This document shows, one piece after another, positions 63,034-64,000 of a stretch of DNA of 64,000 nucleotides. The notes below the pieces were generated by a model that saw nothing but the letters and a program-made list of their open reading frames with translations, made no database searches and was not told where the DNA came from. The position numbers and the translations under genes are program-made. Position 1 is the first letter of the stretch. Every line of letters starts with the position of its first letter. Source of the stretch: an uncultured delta proteobacterium (GTDB lineage Bacteria; Desulfobacterota; Desulfuromonadia; Desulfuromonadales; BM103); the NCBI GenBank assembly GCA_963715335.1, contig CAVQRZ010000005.1, forward strand, positions 128,001 through 192,000, given 5' to 3'.

Positions 63034-64000
63034 TATCCCTCCTTCTCGATCTTCAGCAGGGCCTGCCGGAGATGGTAGCCATAGTCCATTTTCCCGGAGC
63101 AGACAAAGCTGCACAAAGCCAGGTCCTCCTCGTCGAGCTCCAGGCAGCCGAGCTCCTGGGCCAGGTCGGTGTCGAGCGTCAGCAGCGTACGAAGCAGCCA
63201 GGTGGCCTTGACATTGAGAGGCATAACCTTCTCGAAAGCACCGGTCGGCACCATGGCCCGCAGGCTGCCGTGGGTACTGGTCGTCATCGGCAGTTCGCGC
63301 CGCGGCAACAGCGATGAAGCAAACAGTTTCTTGACCGAAAACCTGTCAAAACCCGGCATGCACCAGCCCAGGAATTCGCGCTGGCCGCCCTCTTCAAGGA
63401 CCGAGACCTGGTTATGGTAGCGGCCGAGGAAATCGCGGGAATCTTTGGCGGTATACCCTGTCAGTACCGATCCGGAAATGACCCGGGGCTGTTCAGACTG
63501 CAGTTGCCCTGCAACCAGCTCGGAGAGGCAGGCGCCCAGGCGGGTGCGAATCAATCTCGGTCGGGCGACAGCCGGGCCTGCGAGGGAAATAACCCTTTCA
63601 CTGAGGAGTCTGCCGGCCAGGAAAAGGTGGCCGATGGCGAGAACGTCCTGGTAGCCGATATGCCAGACCATGCGCTGCTGGTTGACATGTTCGAGGAAAT
63701 GGATATGGGTCCCCACCAGGCCGGCAGGATGGCAGCCGCCAAATTCACTGACGGTGACCTCCTCCGGCGCAGGAATCCGCGCGTCAGACGCTTTGCACAG
63801 GTAGGTCTTGCCGGTCGTCAGGTGGCGAACGATTTTCAGGCCGGCCTCAAATTCGCTGGCCTTTGCCGCGATCACGACCTGCGGGTCCGCGGCCAACGGG
63901 TTGGTATCGATCGCGGTGACAAACAGCGCCGCCGGCCGTGAGCCCGGCAGCGGGACCTTGCTGTACGGCCGGGTCCGGAATGCAGGCCACAAACCGGCAG
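63033..64000 (-). CDS. nqrA: Na+-NQR subunit A (5' end outside window)
   Basis: [40 protein letters not shown]. Confidence 0.96.
   Translation of the reverse strand, partial: AGLWPAFRTRPYSKVPLPGSRPAALFVTAIDTNPLAADPQVVIAAKASEFEAGLKIVRHLTTGKTYLCKASDARIPAPEEVTVSEFGGCHPAGLVGTHIHFLEHVNQQRMVWHIGYQDVLAIGHLFLAGRLLSERVISLAGPAVARPRLIRTRLGACLSELVAGQLQSEQPRVISGSVLTGYTAKDSRDFLGRYHNQVSVLEEGGQREFLGWCMPGFDRFSVKKLFASSLLPRRELPMTTSTHGSLRAMVPTGAFEKVMPLNVKATWLLRTLLTLDTDLAQELGCLELDEEDLALCSFVCSGKMDYGYHLRQALLKIEKEG

Noticed and set aside
61723..63078. Long antisense ORFs (451 aa here; also 14918-16207, 47209-48192, 49006-49914)
   Set aside because: Shadow frames of GC-rich genes with no recognisable motifs
58592..64000. 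Rnf complex feeding nitrogenase
   Set aside because: NqrF and NqrA signatures and A-F gene order identify Na+-NQR

Overview
Chromosomal window from a GC-rich deltaproteobacterium; gene content points to a marine Desulfuromonadales (inference from protein families, no database search run). From left to right it holds: clpX (partial), clpP, tig and four tRNAs; a frameshifted TonB, a YddB/FusA-like TonB-dependent receptor, an LVIVD propeller protein and a hybrid kinase with a broken 5' end; a DmdR-like regulator with acuI and a divergent archaeal-like MDR around a 15-bp perfect inverted repeat; housekeeping peptidases and a kinase; a periplasmic rhodanese followed by an orphan PrdB-like selenoprotein (in-frame UGA, UxxC, SECIS hairpin) that the ORF track splits in two; a complete Mo-nitrogenase cluster (nifHDK-X-fdx-X-like-B-tauE, nifEN plus an IscU/NifU-NifQ fusion, nifV) with four sigma54 promoters, ANTAR-type attenuators and heptamer-repeat hairpins in most spacers, interrupted by a GLYK kinase and an OprC-like receptor with TonB; a K+/H+ antiporter pair, rluA, a frameshifted radical SAM gene, and the Na+-NQR operon (nqrA partial). 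No integrase, transposase, CRISPR array or rRNA was seen. Several frameshifts may be assembly errors.
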